This document shows, in pieces, positions 7,245 through 15,019 of a DNA stretch of 64,000 bases. Positions within the stretch are counted from its first letter, which is position 1. Every line of letters begins with the position of its first letter. The DNA is from a virus, in IMG/VR virus record IMGVR_UViG_3300047089_000307, positions 1 to 64,000 of that record; one strand, written 5' to 3'. The position numbers were made by a program, and so were the translations under genes. The notes beneath the pieces are model-generated. The model was given only the letters and a program-made list of their open reading frames with translations, was not told the origin of the DNA and did no database searches.

Positions 7245-7316
7245 GCCCACTTAGCTCAGAGGCAGAGCGGCTGTCCTACAAACAGCGGGCCGGGATTTCG
7301 AAATTCTCAGTGGGTA
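7245..7316 (+). tRNA. tRNA-Val(TAC), C33
   Basis: GCTGT-CCTACAA-ACAGC. Confidence 0.85.
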
Positions 7317-7336
7317 CTGCGCCGGAAGGCGCTCAT

Positions 7337-7421
7337 GGCGGCGGAAGCAGGATGGCATTATGCGTCAGGTTGTGACCCTGTGTCCGCAAGGATTCGCGGG
7401 TTCAAATCCCGTTCGTCGCCC
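7337..7421 (+). tRNA. tRNA-His(GTG) with extra variable-arm hairpin
   Basis: loop TTGTGAC, G-1, TCC-GCAA-GGA variable arm. Confidence 0.8.
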
Positions 7422-7540
7422 GTAAGCCGGGGTTGAGGGCATCCTCGTGACGGCAAGCCGGACTCAGGCAGGCTCCCGGCCCCGCAAATCGCGTTCAGCC
7501 GTGACCTGCCGGGTTCAATGGCCGCGGAAACCCTCTTTAC

Positions 7541-7622
7541 TGACGAGTATGCAAGTGGTTCAAAGCATCCGGCCTGTAAATCCGGCGCCTCGGCTTCGTG
7601 GGTTCGAATCCCTCCTCGTCAA
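7541..7622 (+). tRNA. tRNA-Tyr(GTA)
   Basis: loop CTGTAAA, long variable arm. Confidence 0.9.
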
Positions 7623-7626
7623 CCGT

Positions 7627-7711
7627 GCCCCTACCCTGGATTGGTCTCCGGCGCTTGACGGCGTGCACGCTGCCGACGCTAGTGAGTATCCGTTCGAATC
7701 GGACAGGGGCT
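7627..7711 (+). tRNA. atypical tRNA-like gene (possibly Val CAC)
   Basis: acceptor GCCCCT/AGGGGC and T arm are clear; anticodon arm ambiguous (CGGCG-TGCACGC-TGCCG). Confidence 0.45.
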
Positions 7712-7719
7712 CGATACTT

Positions 7720-7788
7720 ATCCTTGGCAGCGGACCTGCTGCCCTCCCTCCGAAGGAGAGTTACCCGGTTCGACTCCGGGCAGGGATA
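7720..7788 (+). tRNA. tRNA-Arg(CCG), atypical D arm
   Basis: CTCC-CTCCGAA-GGAG. Confidence 0.75.
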
Positions 7789-7836
7789 CGAGGGGCCTCC
7801 CCGGGGCGCTGATGACAAAGAAGTACCGGGGATCAT

Positions 7837-7909
7837 GTCGCGTTACTCTCCGGTGAGGGGGCCTGGCTGCAACCCAGGCTGACGTCCGGTTCGACCCCGG
7901 AACGCGACT
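7837..7909 (+). tRNA. tRNA-Cys(GCA)
   Basis: CCTGG-CTGCAAC-CCAGG, U73. Confidence 0.85.
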
Positions 7910-7913
7910 CTGC

Positions 7914-7985
7914 GCCCCCGCCGGCGGATTCGGTCCAGGGTTTCCTAAACCCGGGTGCCTGGTTCGACTCCAGGCGGCGGCACCA
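7914..7985 (+). tRNA. tRNA-Arg(CCT)
   Basis: loop TTCCTAA, encoded CCA. Confidence 0.75.
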
Positions 7986-7987
7986 GT

Positions 7988-8016
7988 TTGCTCATCACTG
8001 CTGAGTCTGTTATAGT
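7988..8016 (+). promoter_or_regulatory. sigma70-type promoter
   Basis: TTGCTC-N17-TATAGT, then 6 nt to ATG 8023. Confidence 0.65.
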
Positions 8017-8022
8017 ATTCCC

Positions 8023-8538
8023 ATGGAAGGCTGGGAGCCTGCGAGGCTAGGCGGATTCCGGCGTTCGACCGCGGGTAGCTCAGAATGGAAGAGCGCTGCG
8101 CAGATTACGCAGAGGCCGGTGTCTCGAAAGCATCACCGCGGACTATGGCGAGCAGCCTGGGCTGAGAAGCTCGGGTTGCCCGGTTGTCCCTATGTCGTGA
8201 GGTGGCGGCTGGAGACCCCGGCAGGCTCTGTCCGGGTGCACCATTGGCTGAGGCCGGATGATGACCGGGCCTTCCATGATCATCCCTGGTGGTTCCTCAC
8301 CCTGGTCCTGCGCGGCGGCTACGCCGACCGGACCCCTGCGGGGGAGGACTACCTGTCCGCGGGGTCCGTGCGGTTCCGGCACGCCCGCTACCAGCACACC
8401 GTGATTCCGGGCCCGCAGGGTGCGTGGACGTTCCTGGTCACCGGCCGGCCAGCCCGCGCCTGGGGCTTCTGGAGGGACGGGAAGTTCCGCAAGGCCAATA
8501 AGTGGTTCGCCGCGTTCGGGCACCACCCGTGCTCTTGA
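8023..8538 (+). CDS. cupin-like phage protein (start uncertain)
   Basis: RVHHW...DDRAFHDHPWWFLTLVLRGGY metal-binding cupin motif. Confidence 0.7.
   Translation: MEGWEPARLGGFRRSTAGSSEWKSAAQITQRPVSRKHHRGLWRAAWAEKLGLPGCPYVVRWRLETPAGSVRVHHWLRPDDDRAFHDHPWWFLTLVLRGGYADRTPAGEDYLSAGSVRFRHARYQHTVIPGPQGAWTFLVTGRPARAWGFWRDGKFRKANKWFAAFGHHPCS
8069..8142 (+). tRNA. atypical tRNA-like gene, anticodon GAT (A33), nested in ORF 8023..8538
   Basis: CCGCGG acceptor, GCTC/GAGC D arm, CTGCG-CAGATTA-CGCAG. Confidence 0.55.
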
Positions 8539-8687
8539 AGTATGGTACAGTATCTACGAGCGTAGCCTCAGCTTCCTGATCGCTCCCGGCCGTGTTGCCG
8601 GGAATCAGCCTCGTCGTCGTCATATCGCTCCAGCTTCAGCCTCCTTGATCCGTGTGTCCTCAGGCCGCGGGCCTGCGTACCGGAAGT

Positions 8688-8762
8688 GCGGGTTCAATTC
8701 CCGCCGGCTCCTCCCGTGGAGCCGTAGCTCAATTGGCAGAGCGTCGTTACTCAAGAAAACGG
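8688..8762 (+). ncRNA. circularly permuted tRNA-like module (possible CAA anticodon arm)
   Basis: T arm 8688-8704; CGGCTCC/GGAGCCG hairpin; D arm 8727-8742. Confidence 0.75.
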
Positions 8763-8808
8763 GCCGTTCCTGATGGCAGCCAAGCGGAACAGCACTTGCG
8801 TGCTCAAT

Positions 8809-8879
8809 GAGGGTTCGAGTCCCTCCAGCGGTTCACTCGCTGTGGCGTAATCGGAAAACGCAATCGCCTTATAAGCGAT
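8809..8879 (+). ncRNA. circularly permuted tRNA-like module with TAT anticodon arm
   Basis: T arm 8809-8825; CAGCG/CGCTG; D arm GCGT/ACGC; ATCGC-CTTATAA-GCGAT. Confidence 0.7.
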
Positions 8880-8894
8880 CATAAAACGCAAACA

Positions 8895-8935
8895 GGGACC
8901 CCCGGCCAGGGTAGTGCCGGGGGTCCCGCTTTTTT
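8895..8935 (+). terminator. intrinsic terminator ending the RNA operon
   Basis: 12-bp GGGACCCCCGGC/GCCGGGGGTCCC stem plus T6. Confidence 0.9.
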
Positions 8936-9100
8936 AAGGAGGGCACGTCCCCGGTGGCGGATGACGACGAGCACGTTCACTCGTATACGACGACAAGCTG
9001 GGAAGACAACGACACGGTGTACCTGCAATGGACGTGCGCGTGCGGTGACTCGTACACCACGTCCTCGAAGAAGTAGGAGCGATCCCCCAGGTGGCCTGGA

Positions 9101-9117
9101 GTCTTTTACGGTATAGT
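9101..9117 (+). promoter_or_regulatory. recurrent phage promoter motif
   Basis: GTCTTTTACGGTATAGT; related copies at 12247, 12786, 13780, 37442. Confidence 0.6.
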
Positions 9118-9148
9118 AGGCTGTACTACCCGAGGGGAAAGGAACCCC

Positions 9149-9964
9149 ATGCAGATCGTACGTACGGAGACCCCGACCGGCGGCCCGGCGAGGACCCGGC
9201 GCGAGGAGATCGTCGCGCTGCTGCCGCAGGAGTCAGAGGCGGAGCCGGAGGTATACGCCGACTGCTCGGAGTCAGAGGGCTGGCCCTGGAGCAGTAACTC
9301 CGCAGTCTGCACCTGGGATGTCCAGATCGAGGCGATCCGGCAGCTCATCGTCCCGTTCGAGGCCCTGGACAGCCAGGCTGCGGGAGAGCAGGCGGACGGC
9401 GATGCCAGCCACGGCGGCGTGTACGTCTACCCGTTCAGCAACGTCTTCCTGCCGATCGGCAAGGGCGACGACGACGGCGACCTGAACTCTGCCAACTTCG
9501 AGCAGAAGATGCTCCGGGACTTCTACCGCAAGTACTTCGACGGCGGGACGCACCCCGTCCGCGGCGGCACGGAGATCATGGCGGCTATCAAGGCCGGCGA
9601 CGCGCACTACCTGGGTGACGCCCGCGATAAGGGCGAATTCTACGACACTCCTCGCGGTGACCGGCCGGTCCGGTTGCGTGTGGTGTTCACGGACGGCGCG
9701 CTGAGTGATGCGGCCAAGTTCCTGAAGTACCTCGCGCAGGCCACGCTCAGCCCGAAGGGCTACGGCTCACACGGCGAGTGGGACGAGGTCTGGGCGATCT
9801 GCATCCTCGGCGAGGCCGGCGGCGGCGGGAAGGCCGCCTACGACCAGTACGCGGAGATCGCCGGAACGCACCCGTGGGTGCACGCGTACTACTTCGAGAA
9901 CGTCGCGAATCCCGCGGAGATTGCTGAGGACATGGCCGTGGCGGCTATCCCTGCCCTGGCGTAA
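9149..9964 (+). CDS. vWA-domain protein
   Basis: MIDAS-like DCSES, GGT and VVFTDG motifs. Confidence 0.75.
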   Translation: MQIVRTETPTGGPARTRREEIVALLPQESEAEPEVYADCSESEGWPWSSNSAVCTWDVQIEAIRQLIVPFEALDSQAAGEQADGDASHGGVYVYPFSNVFLPIGKGDDDGDLNSANFEQKMLRDFYRKYFDGGTHPVRGGTEIMAAIKAGDAHYLGDARDKGEFYDTPRGDRPVRLRVVFTDGALSDAAKFLKYLAQATLSPKGYGSHGEWDEVWAICILGEAGGGGKAAYDQYAEIAGTHPWVHAYYFENVANPAEIAEDMAVAAIPALA

Positions 9965-9972
9965 TCAAGAAT

Positions 9973-10018
9973 GAGAAGCCCCCGGTTACGTGGCTCGTGC
10001 CGGGGGCTTCACGTTTTT
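9973..10018. terminator. terminator between convergent genes
   Basis: GAAGCCCCCGG/CCGGGGGCTTC stem plus T tract. Confidence 0.75.
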
Positions 10019-10399
10019 CAGCGGGGACTGCACCTTCTTCTTCTTCTTCTTCTTCTTCTTCTGGAACTGGCGCCAGCGCGACCGCGCCCGGTAGCACGGC
10101 CAGATCACCAGTCGGCGAGCCGGGTAGACCAGCAGGCGGTGCAGCCGGCGGCGCGTACGGGACTTCCGCCAGGACCGGTGCCCGATGTGAATGTGCGGCA
10201 CGTGGCCGCGGCCGGCCTGCCAGTCGCCGGACCAGGTGCAGGCGTACGGCACCAGGTACCGTGCGTCGCCGCGCCGGCGGGATACCAGCTCCCGCTCCCG
10301 GATGCAGATCCGCGCGATGGCCAGCCAGGCGCGGGCACGGCTGGGGTACGTGCGCTTGCGCCCGTGCTGGGCGAGCCAGTCACTGCGCCTGCGGCTCAT
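9986..10399 (-). CDS. basic hypothetical protein with poly-Lys
   Basis: ORF track; (CTT)n microsatellite encodes K8. Confidence 0.5.
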   Translation of the reverse strand: MSRRRSDWLAQHGRKRTYPSRARAWLAIARICIRERELVSRRRGDARYLVPYACTWSGDWQAGRGHVPHIHIGHRSWRKSRTRRRLHRLLVYPARRLVIWPCYRARSRWRQFQKKKKKKKKKVQSPLKNVKPPARAT

Positions 10400-10712
10400 G
10401 GCCCCCGTCCGGGGGAGTTACCTCCAGGAACCCGCCAAGCCGGTCGTAGATTCGCAGCAGGTTGCAGCGCGATCCGAACTTGTCATAGAACCAGCGGCAG
10501 TACGCTGCTCCCGCGGCCAGCTGCCCGGCGTATCCCAGGGTCTGGTGGCAGATGATCGCCCCGCCGCCGGCCAGGGCCTCCCGGACCATGCCCTGGACCC
10601 TCCCGGCGCGCAGGTCCATGAGGTTGCCCGCCCGGCCGATGCAAGAGGAGCACTGCTCGCTCAGTAGCCGCGGCTGCCCGGTCCCCGGGTCGAACACGTT
10701 GCGGCCCGTCAT
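10380..10712 (-). CDS. hypothetical Cys-containing phage protein
   Basis: CxxC, CH and C motifs; coupled to methylase. Confidence 0.7.
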   Translation of the reverse strand: MTGRNVFDPGTGQPRLLSEQCSSCIGRAGNLMDLRAGRVQGMVREALAGGGAIICHQTLGYAGQLAAGAAYCRWFYDKFGSRCNLLRIYDRLGGFLEVTPPDGGHEPQAQ

Positions 10713-11437
10713 AGCTGGGCCAGGACCTGGCGGCCGATCTCCTGCGTCATGTACGGCGGGATCGCTTCGGCGACGTCATCGCGGTTGCGCATCCAGTCGA
10801 TGGCCATGGCCTCGCGGACCGGCTCCTTGCGCTCGTGGCCGGAGACGCTGACGTACATGCCCGGCTTCCAGTGCCCGGCCTTCGCCGCCGGAACCGGGTG
10901 ATTCCACAGGCACCACTTGTTGAACGGCGTTGCCGAGTGCTGCTGCCAGGGCGGCGCGGGCGGCTGGGTGAGCGTGATCCCGTTCCCGGCCTCGAACAGG
11001 CGGTGCCGGTAGACGGGCTTGCCGAACATCTGCCCGCACAGCGTGACCGGGTCCTTCAGCCAGGGCCGGGCGGCGGCGACGTTCTCGATGACGTACGGGA
11101 GGCCAGTGCGCTCCAGCAGCTCGCGCCCGGGGCCGATCAGGTCCGGGTAGCCTGTCGCGAGACCTGGCCGGCACCGGCTCATCTGCGAGTAAAACTGGCA
11201 GGGAAAGCTGACGTGAATGAAGCTGAAGTCACGCAGGTCGCGCTGGCTGGCGAGTAGCTCCATGATGTTCCCGGCACCAAGCCAGTGGCCGCCCGATAGC
11301 TCGTAATCGCGGGCGTGCCGGGGGTTCAGGTCGGTTCCCCATACTTCAAATCCGGCGTCGATGTATCCCCGGGTAGCCCCGCCGGCTCCGCAGCACCCGT
11401 CAAGCATCACGGGACGTGGATGGGTTTGCCGGCTCAT
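10709..11437 (-). CDS. DNA cytosine-5 methyltransferase (short phage type)
   Basis: LDGCCGAGG, FPCQ and IENV motifs. Confidence 0.85.
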   Translation of the reverse strand: MSRQTHPRPVMLDGCCGAGGATRGYIDAGFEVWGTDLNPRHARDYELSGGHWLGAGNIMELLASQRDLRDFSFIHVSFPCQFYSQMSRCRPGLATGYPDLIGPGRELLERTGLPYVIENVAAARPWLKDPVTLCGQMFGKPVYRHRLFEAGNGITLTQPPAPPWQQHSATPFNKWCLWNHPVPAAKAGHWKPGMYVSVSGHERKEPVREAMAIDWMRNRDDVAEAIPPYMTQEIGRQVLAQL

Positions 11438-11527
11438 CCAGCTCTCCAGGCACGGCCGGCAGTACGCGGAGCGGTCCAGCCCGGCCCAGTGGCCGCAGGA
11501 CCAGCAGTACCCGTCAATGGATCATGA

Positions 11528-12169
11528 TTATCCGCCATTTCGCCAAGCTTCAGAGTCGATGACCTGGCGGTCGTTGCCGTAGTTGTCGTAGATCACGCGG
11601 GCCAGCGCGATGACGGCGTCCTCGTAGGTTCCGGCGCCGCCGTCCAGGGCGCAGTCGTGCCAGGGGCAGTCCCCTTCCCCGTCTGGCAGCAGCTTCTCCG
11701 GGCCGAGCTCATACCACCACTGGGTTGCGGTGTTGCGGGCCGCGTCATCTTCGTGCCGCCCGGTCTCCGGGCACACCCGGTGCGGGGTGATCTCCGGCCA
11801 CCCGCGGGTCAGTGCGCCGCTCTCGGTGAGGCGCGTCACGTGATTTGCCGGGTAGCCCGCCTGCTGGCGCCCGCGGAACTTCCAGAACACGGGGTGGCGG
11901 TCGACGTACGTCCACGCGCTGAAGGCGTCCCCGGGACTCGCCTCGTAAGCGCGCACGGCTTCCTCCCAGGGGCCGGCCACGCACAGGCGCCAGTATTCCG
12001 CGTAGTGACCCGGATTCAGGCCGGTCCACGTGTAGTGCAAGACCCGGCCCTGGTCGTCATAGGCGGGGATGCTCCTCTTCCCCCCGGCGGCGTGCCACCG
12101 CGGGTCGCCCTCGTCGTGGCTGAGGCTCACCTCGGGAAGCGAGTACTCCTTGTGCGGGAGGCTGGTCAA
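11528..12169 (-). CDS. hypothetical protein
   Basis: GGAGG RBS plus TTG at 12169, codon bias. Confidence 0.65.
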   Translation of the reverse strand: MTSLPHKEYSLPEVSLSHDEGDPRWHAAGGKRSIPAYDDQGRVLHYTWTGLNPGHYAEYWRLCVAGPWEEAVRAYEASPGDAFSAWTYVDRHPVFWKFRGRQQAGYPANHVTRLTESGALTRGWPEITPHRVCPETGRHEDDAARNTATQWWYELGPEKLLPDGEGDCPWHDCALDGGAGTYEDAVIALARVIYDNYGNDRQVIDSEAWRNGG

Positions 12170-12283
12170 TCGTCCCTCCGGGCAGTCGGCCTGACAGCAT
12201 GCGGGGATTTCCGCACAGTGCCAGGAGTGCGGAAATCCCCACATGTGTCCTTTAGAGTATAACACCCGGGGTACGCTGCCTTC

Positions 12284-12544
12284 ATGGCTCACTTCCGGCC
12301 AGCCCCCCGGTTCACGGCGGGTTACTCCGGCAGCTGCTCCGGCTGCGGTAACGTCCCGGCGCCGCGCCGCGGGGGAACCTGGGCGTACTGCCCCGTTTTC
12401 ATGCGCGCTCACTACGATCCGCCCATGCTCTGCGCCCGGTTCCGTACGCTGAAGGGGTACAGGCGGCACTGGCGGAGGCATCATGAGCGATCCAGCGGTC
12501 TTCGGGTACCTGGGCCAGTCGGTCGAGGACTCGGTCCTGCATGA
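12284..12544 (+). CDS. hypothetical Cys-rich protein
   Basis: downstream of promoter motif 12247. Confidence 0.4.
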   Translation: MAHFRPAPRFTAGYSGSCSGCGNVPAPRRGGTWAYCPVFMRAHYDPPMLCARFRTLKGYRRHWRRHHERSSGLRVPGPVGRGLGPA

Positions 12545-12785
12545 CCTGGCCCGGCTGCCGGAGGACATGCGCGAGGGCGGCGTGGCCAGGATCGCGCTCT
12601 TCTGCGCGCAGCAGCTCGACTCGGCCGCGGTGAACGGCCTTGCCCCCCGGGATGCGGCAGCGTACGCGCGGGAGCTGCGGCTGGCGCTGGCCCAGCTGCG
12701 GGAGATGGCGCCTGGTGAGGTGAAGGGCGACACGACGGATGAGGTCCGGGAGCGCCGCGAGCGCCGTCTCGCCGAGGGCGGGTAA
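12483..12785 (+). CDS. probable terminase small subunit
   Basis: ARELRLALAQL...DEVRERRERR pattern typical of actinophage TerS. Confidence 0.65.
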   Translation: MSDPAVFGYLGQSVEDSVLHDLARLPEDMREGGVARIALFCAQQLDSAAVNGLAPRDAAAYARELRLALAQLREMAPGEVKGDTTDEVRERRERRLAEGG

Positions 12786-12808
12786 GTCTTTTAGGGTATA
12801 GTTCAGGT

Positions 12809-12982
12809 ATGGGTTACTGGCAAGTGCGCGCTGAGTCGCAGGCCGGCGCGGTAGTCACGTTCAGCCTGTCCGCGCAGGACAGTGATGCCGCGGAGGAGGC
12901 CGCCCTGGAGCGGGCCCCGTTCGACCCGCACTGGATGTCCGTCGTCCAGCTGCTGCGCCCTCCGGCCGGAAGCGGCGGGTGA
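12809..12982 (+). CDS. small leaderless hypothetical protein (57 aa)
   Basis: 6 nt between TATAGT of motif 12786-12802 and the ATG. Confidence 0.5.
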   Translation: MGYWQVRAESQAGAVVTFSLSAQDSDAAEEAALERAPFDPHWMSVVQLLRPPAGSGG

Positions 12983-13248
12983 GGCTGCCCAGGGAGGCGC
13001 CCTGTAGTGAGTGCGGCGGTACGACGCGGCGTCATTCCGGAGGGTGCAGCCAGGCGCGAAATTCTCATGCCGGGTACGGTCCCGGGCTGACGGGCAAGCC
13101 GGGGACCTGCGGGGCGACGACCCGGAAGGCCGGAAAGCTGACAAGCCACATTGACCATAAGTGCCCGCTGAAGCTGCTGACGGGCGGCAAGCCTCACCCG
13201 GGATCGCACGTCTGCAACATCCCGAGCTGCGAGGTGACCTGGTATTAG
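12979..13248 (+). CDS. Cys/His-rich hypothetical protein
   Basis: CSECGGTTRRH motif. Confidence 0.55.
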   Translation: MRLPREAPCSECGGTTRRHSGGCSQARNSHAGYGPGLTGKPGTCGATTRKAGKLTSHIDHKCPLKLLTGGKPHPGSHVCNIPSCEVTWY

Positions 13249-13260
13249 GAGGATGTCGCA

Positions 13261-13536
13261 ATGGCCACGCCGTGTGATTTCTGCGGGGGGACGACGAGGA
13301 AGCACGCGGGCAACTGCCCGTTCGGGCCGACTGACGCTCCGCGAGCTGATCCTGGCAATAAGCACAAGGGTCATCGCCATGACTACAAGCCGAACGGCAC
13401 GCGTGAGGGACCGGTGACCAGGGAACGGCGCGGCCTGCGCTGGGTGAAGGTCCGGACGACCTATTACTTTGAGCGCTGTGGCGTACCGGACTGCCCGCAG
13501 CCGGACCGGACGGCAACCTCCACCCGTGACGTGTGA
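13261..13536 (+). CDS. Cys/His-rich hypothetical protein
   Basis: AGGAGG RBS; CDFCGGTTRKH resembles upstream gene. Confidence 0.65.
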   Translation: MATPCDFCGGTTRKHAGNCPFGPTDAPRADPGNKHKGHRHDYKPNGTREGPVTRERRGLRWVKVRTTYYFERCGVPDCPQPDRTATSTRDV

Positions 13537-13543
13537 GCTTGCC

Positions 13544-13705
13544 TTACCGGTGCGGCCACCAGGAGCCGAAGACGGAGTGCAGTGCGAGGAACAGCAGGCC
13601 GAGGACGGACAGGCCCTGCCAGGTGAACGGGACATGGCCGCCTGAGCCTGCCCAGTACAGGATGAACGCGACCCCGAAGAGGATCGCGCTGATGATGCCG
13701 AACAT
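13544..13705 (-). CDS. small two-TM membrane protein
   Basis: AGGAGG RBS, hydrophobic helices. Confidence 0.65.
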   Translation of the reverse strand: MFGIISAILFGVAFILYWAGSGGHVPFTWQGLSVLGLLFLALHSVFGSWWPHR

Positions 13706-13840
13706 GCAGGTCACCTCCTTACGGGAGGCTACCCCCGGAAGTCCTTGTTGATGCGGCACGGGGACGGTAGCGTGTAAGAGTCTTTTAGGGTATGGTGATG
13801 TCAGATTTCACGCCCCCTCAGCAAGGAGACTCACGTACCG

Positions 13841-14137
13841 ATGACTTCCCGGATAGTGACGGCGACCACAGTCAGTGACGCCGTCAAGGACATGCTCCGC
13901 CGTCAGATCAGGGCAGGGTGGACGTCCGAGCGCATCGCCTGGGCGATGCAGCAGCTGGGGCACGAGGGCTGGAATGCCCATACCGCCACCAGCTTGACCA
14001 GGCCAGGGACCAGGCCCCTGTCCGTGGACGAGGCGCTTGGCCTGATGGCCGCCCTCAAGAGCCGCAGCAGCATCCTCGCCAAGGAGGCCGGCCGCCTGGA
14101 GGCCATCCTGGTCAAGAAGGAGGAGGCGTCCCAGTGA
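13841..14137 (+). CDS. HTH-like DNA-binding protein
   Basis: GWTSERIA...RPLSVDEA XRE-like pattern. Confidence 0.6.
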   Translation: MTSRIVTATTVSDAVKDMLRRQIRAGWTSERIAWAMQQLGHEGWNAHTATSLTRPGTRPLSVDEALGLMAALKSRSSILAKEAGRLEAILVKKEEASQ

Positions 14138-15006
14138 TCAACCCGGACCCCTTCAGTGTCAAGGCCGTTCAGATTCCCGGTGCCCCCGAGGGGGTGACAA
14201 TGCGGGCGATCATGATGACCCCGGAGATCGCCACCCTGTGGCGGCTTTCCTCGCAGGCCATGCAGCGCACTAAGCGGGAGGTCGTCAGCAACGCCTACGC
14301 CCGCGACATGGCAGAAAAGCGGTGGAAGTTCAACGGCGAGACCATCGTCAAGGACAAGCTCGGCAACCTGGTTCAGGGCCAGCACCGCCTGGAGGGAGTC
14401 GAGAAGAGCGGCCAGGCCGTCCTGCTGCTTCTGGTGGAGGGCGTTGAGCCCGACGTCATGGACACTTTCGACACGGGCCTGCCGAGGTACTACTTCGACA
14501 TGCTCAAGGTGAAGGGCTACAGCAACGTCATGGGCGTGTCGTCAATCACGCGCGCCATGTGGCAATGGGACAGGGGCCGTCTCATGATGGCCATCGCAGG
14601 CGGGGCCGAGCGCCCGTCCCGCACGGAGCTGGACGCCTACCTGGCGGCCCACGATGACGAGATCCGGGCCGCGGCAGCCTACGCCGACCGTCTCCGGCAC
14701 CGCGTGCCGCTGCCCCAGTCGGTGCTGGGCACGGCAACTATCATTCTCAACCGCATCAGCGTGGAAGCCGCGTCGGAGTTCTTCAACAGCCTGGCCTACG
14801 GGGCTGAGCTGGCCGAGACCAATCCCGTCCTGGTACTGCGCAACCAGCTGTACCGCTATCTCAACAGCGGGAAGCTGCCGACCGTCGATGAGCGCCGGGC
14901 GTACCTGTTCGGGGCCTGGAACGACTGGCGCGCGGGCGAGAAGCGCATTCGCATCCAGCCCTGGCGGGGGCAGCTCACGTTCAAGAACTACCCCGTCCCG
15001 AAGTAA
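14134..15006 (+). CDS. ParB-like N-terminal domain protein
   Basis: YARDM..W.FNGETI...GQHRL motif; GGAGG plus GTG 14134. Confidence 0.75.
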   Translation: MINPDPFSVKAVQIPGAPEGVTMRAIMMTPEIATLWRLSSQAMQRTKREVVSNAYARDMAEKRWKFNGETIVKDKLGNLVQGQHRLEGVEKSGQAVLLLLVEGVEPDVMDTFDTGLPRYYFDMLKVKGYSNVMGVSSITRAMWQWDRGRLMMAIAGGAERPSRTELDAYLAAHDDEIRAAAAYADRLRHRVPLPQSVLGTATIILNRISVEAASEFFNSLAYGAELAETNPVLVLRNQLYRYLNSGKLPTVDERRAYLFGAWNDWRAGEKRIRIQPWRGQLTFKNYPVPK

Positions 15007-15019
15007 GGAAGGGAACTAC

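Noticed and set aside
7789-7835. Hammerhead ribozyme (CTGATGA present)
   Set aside because: No stem II-GAAA-stem III arrangement can be built
3483-7882. ORF-track ORFs across the tRNA array
   Set aside because: They overlap clear tRNA cloverleaves and lack codon bias; spurious
3640-8940. tmRNA or tRNA-Sec gene
   Set aside because: No tag reading frame with tmRNA ends and no UCA anticodon found by eye
10034-10060. (CTT)n microsatellite as a phase-variation switch
   Set aside because: Trinucleotide unit keeps the frame; it only varies poly-Lys length
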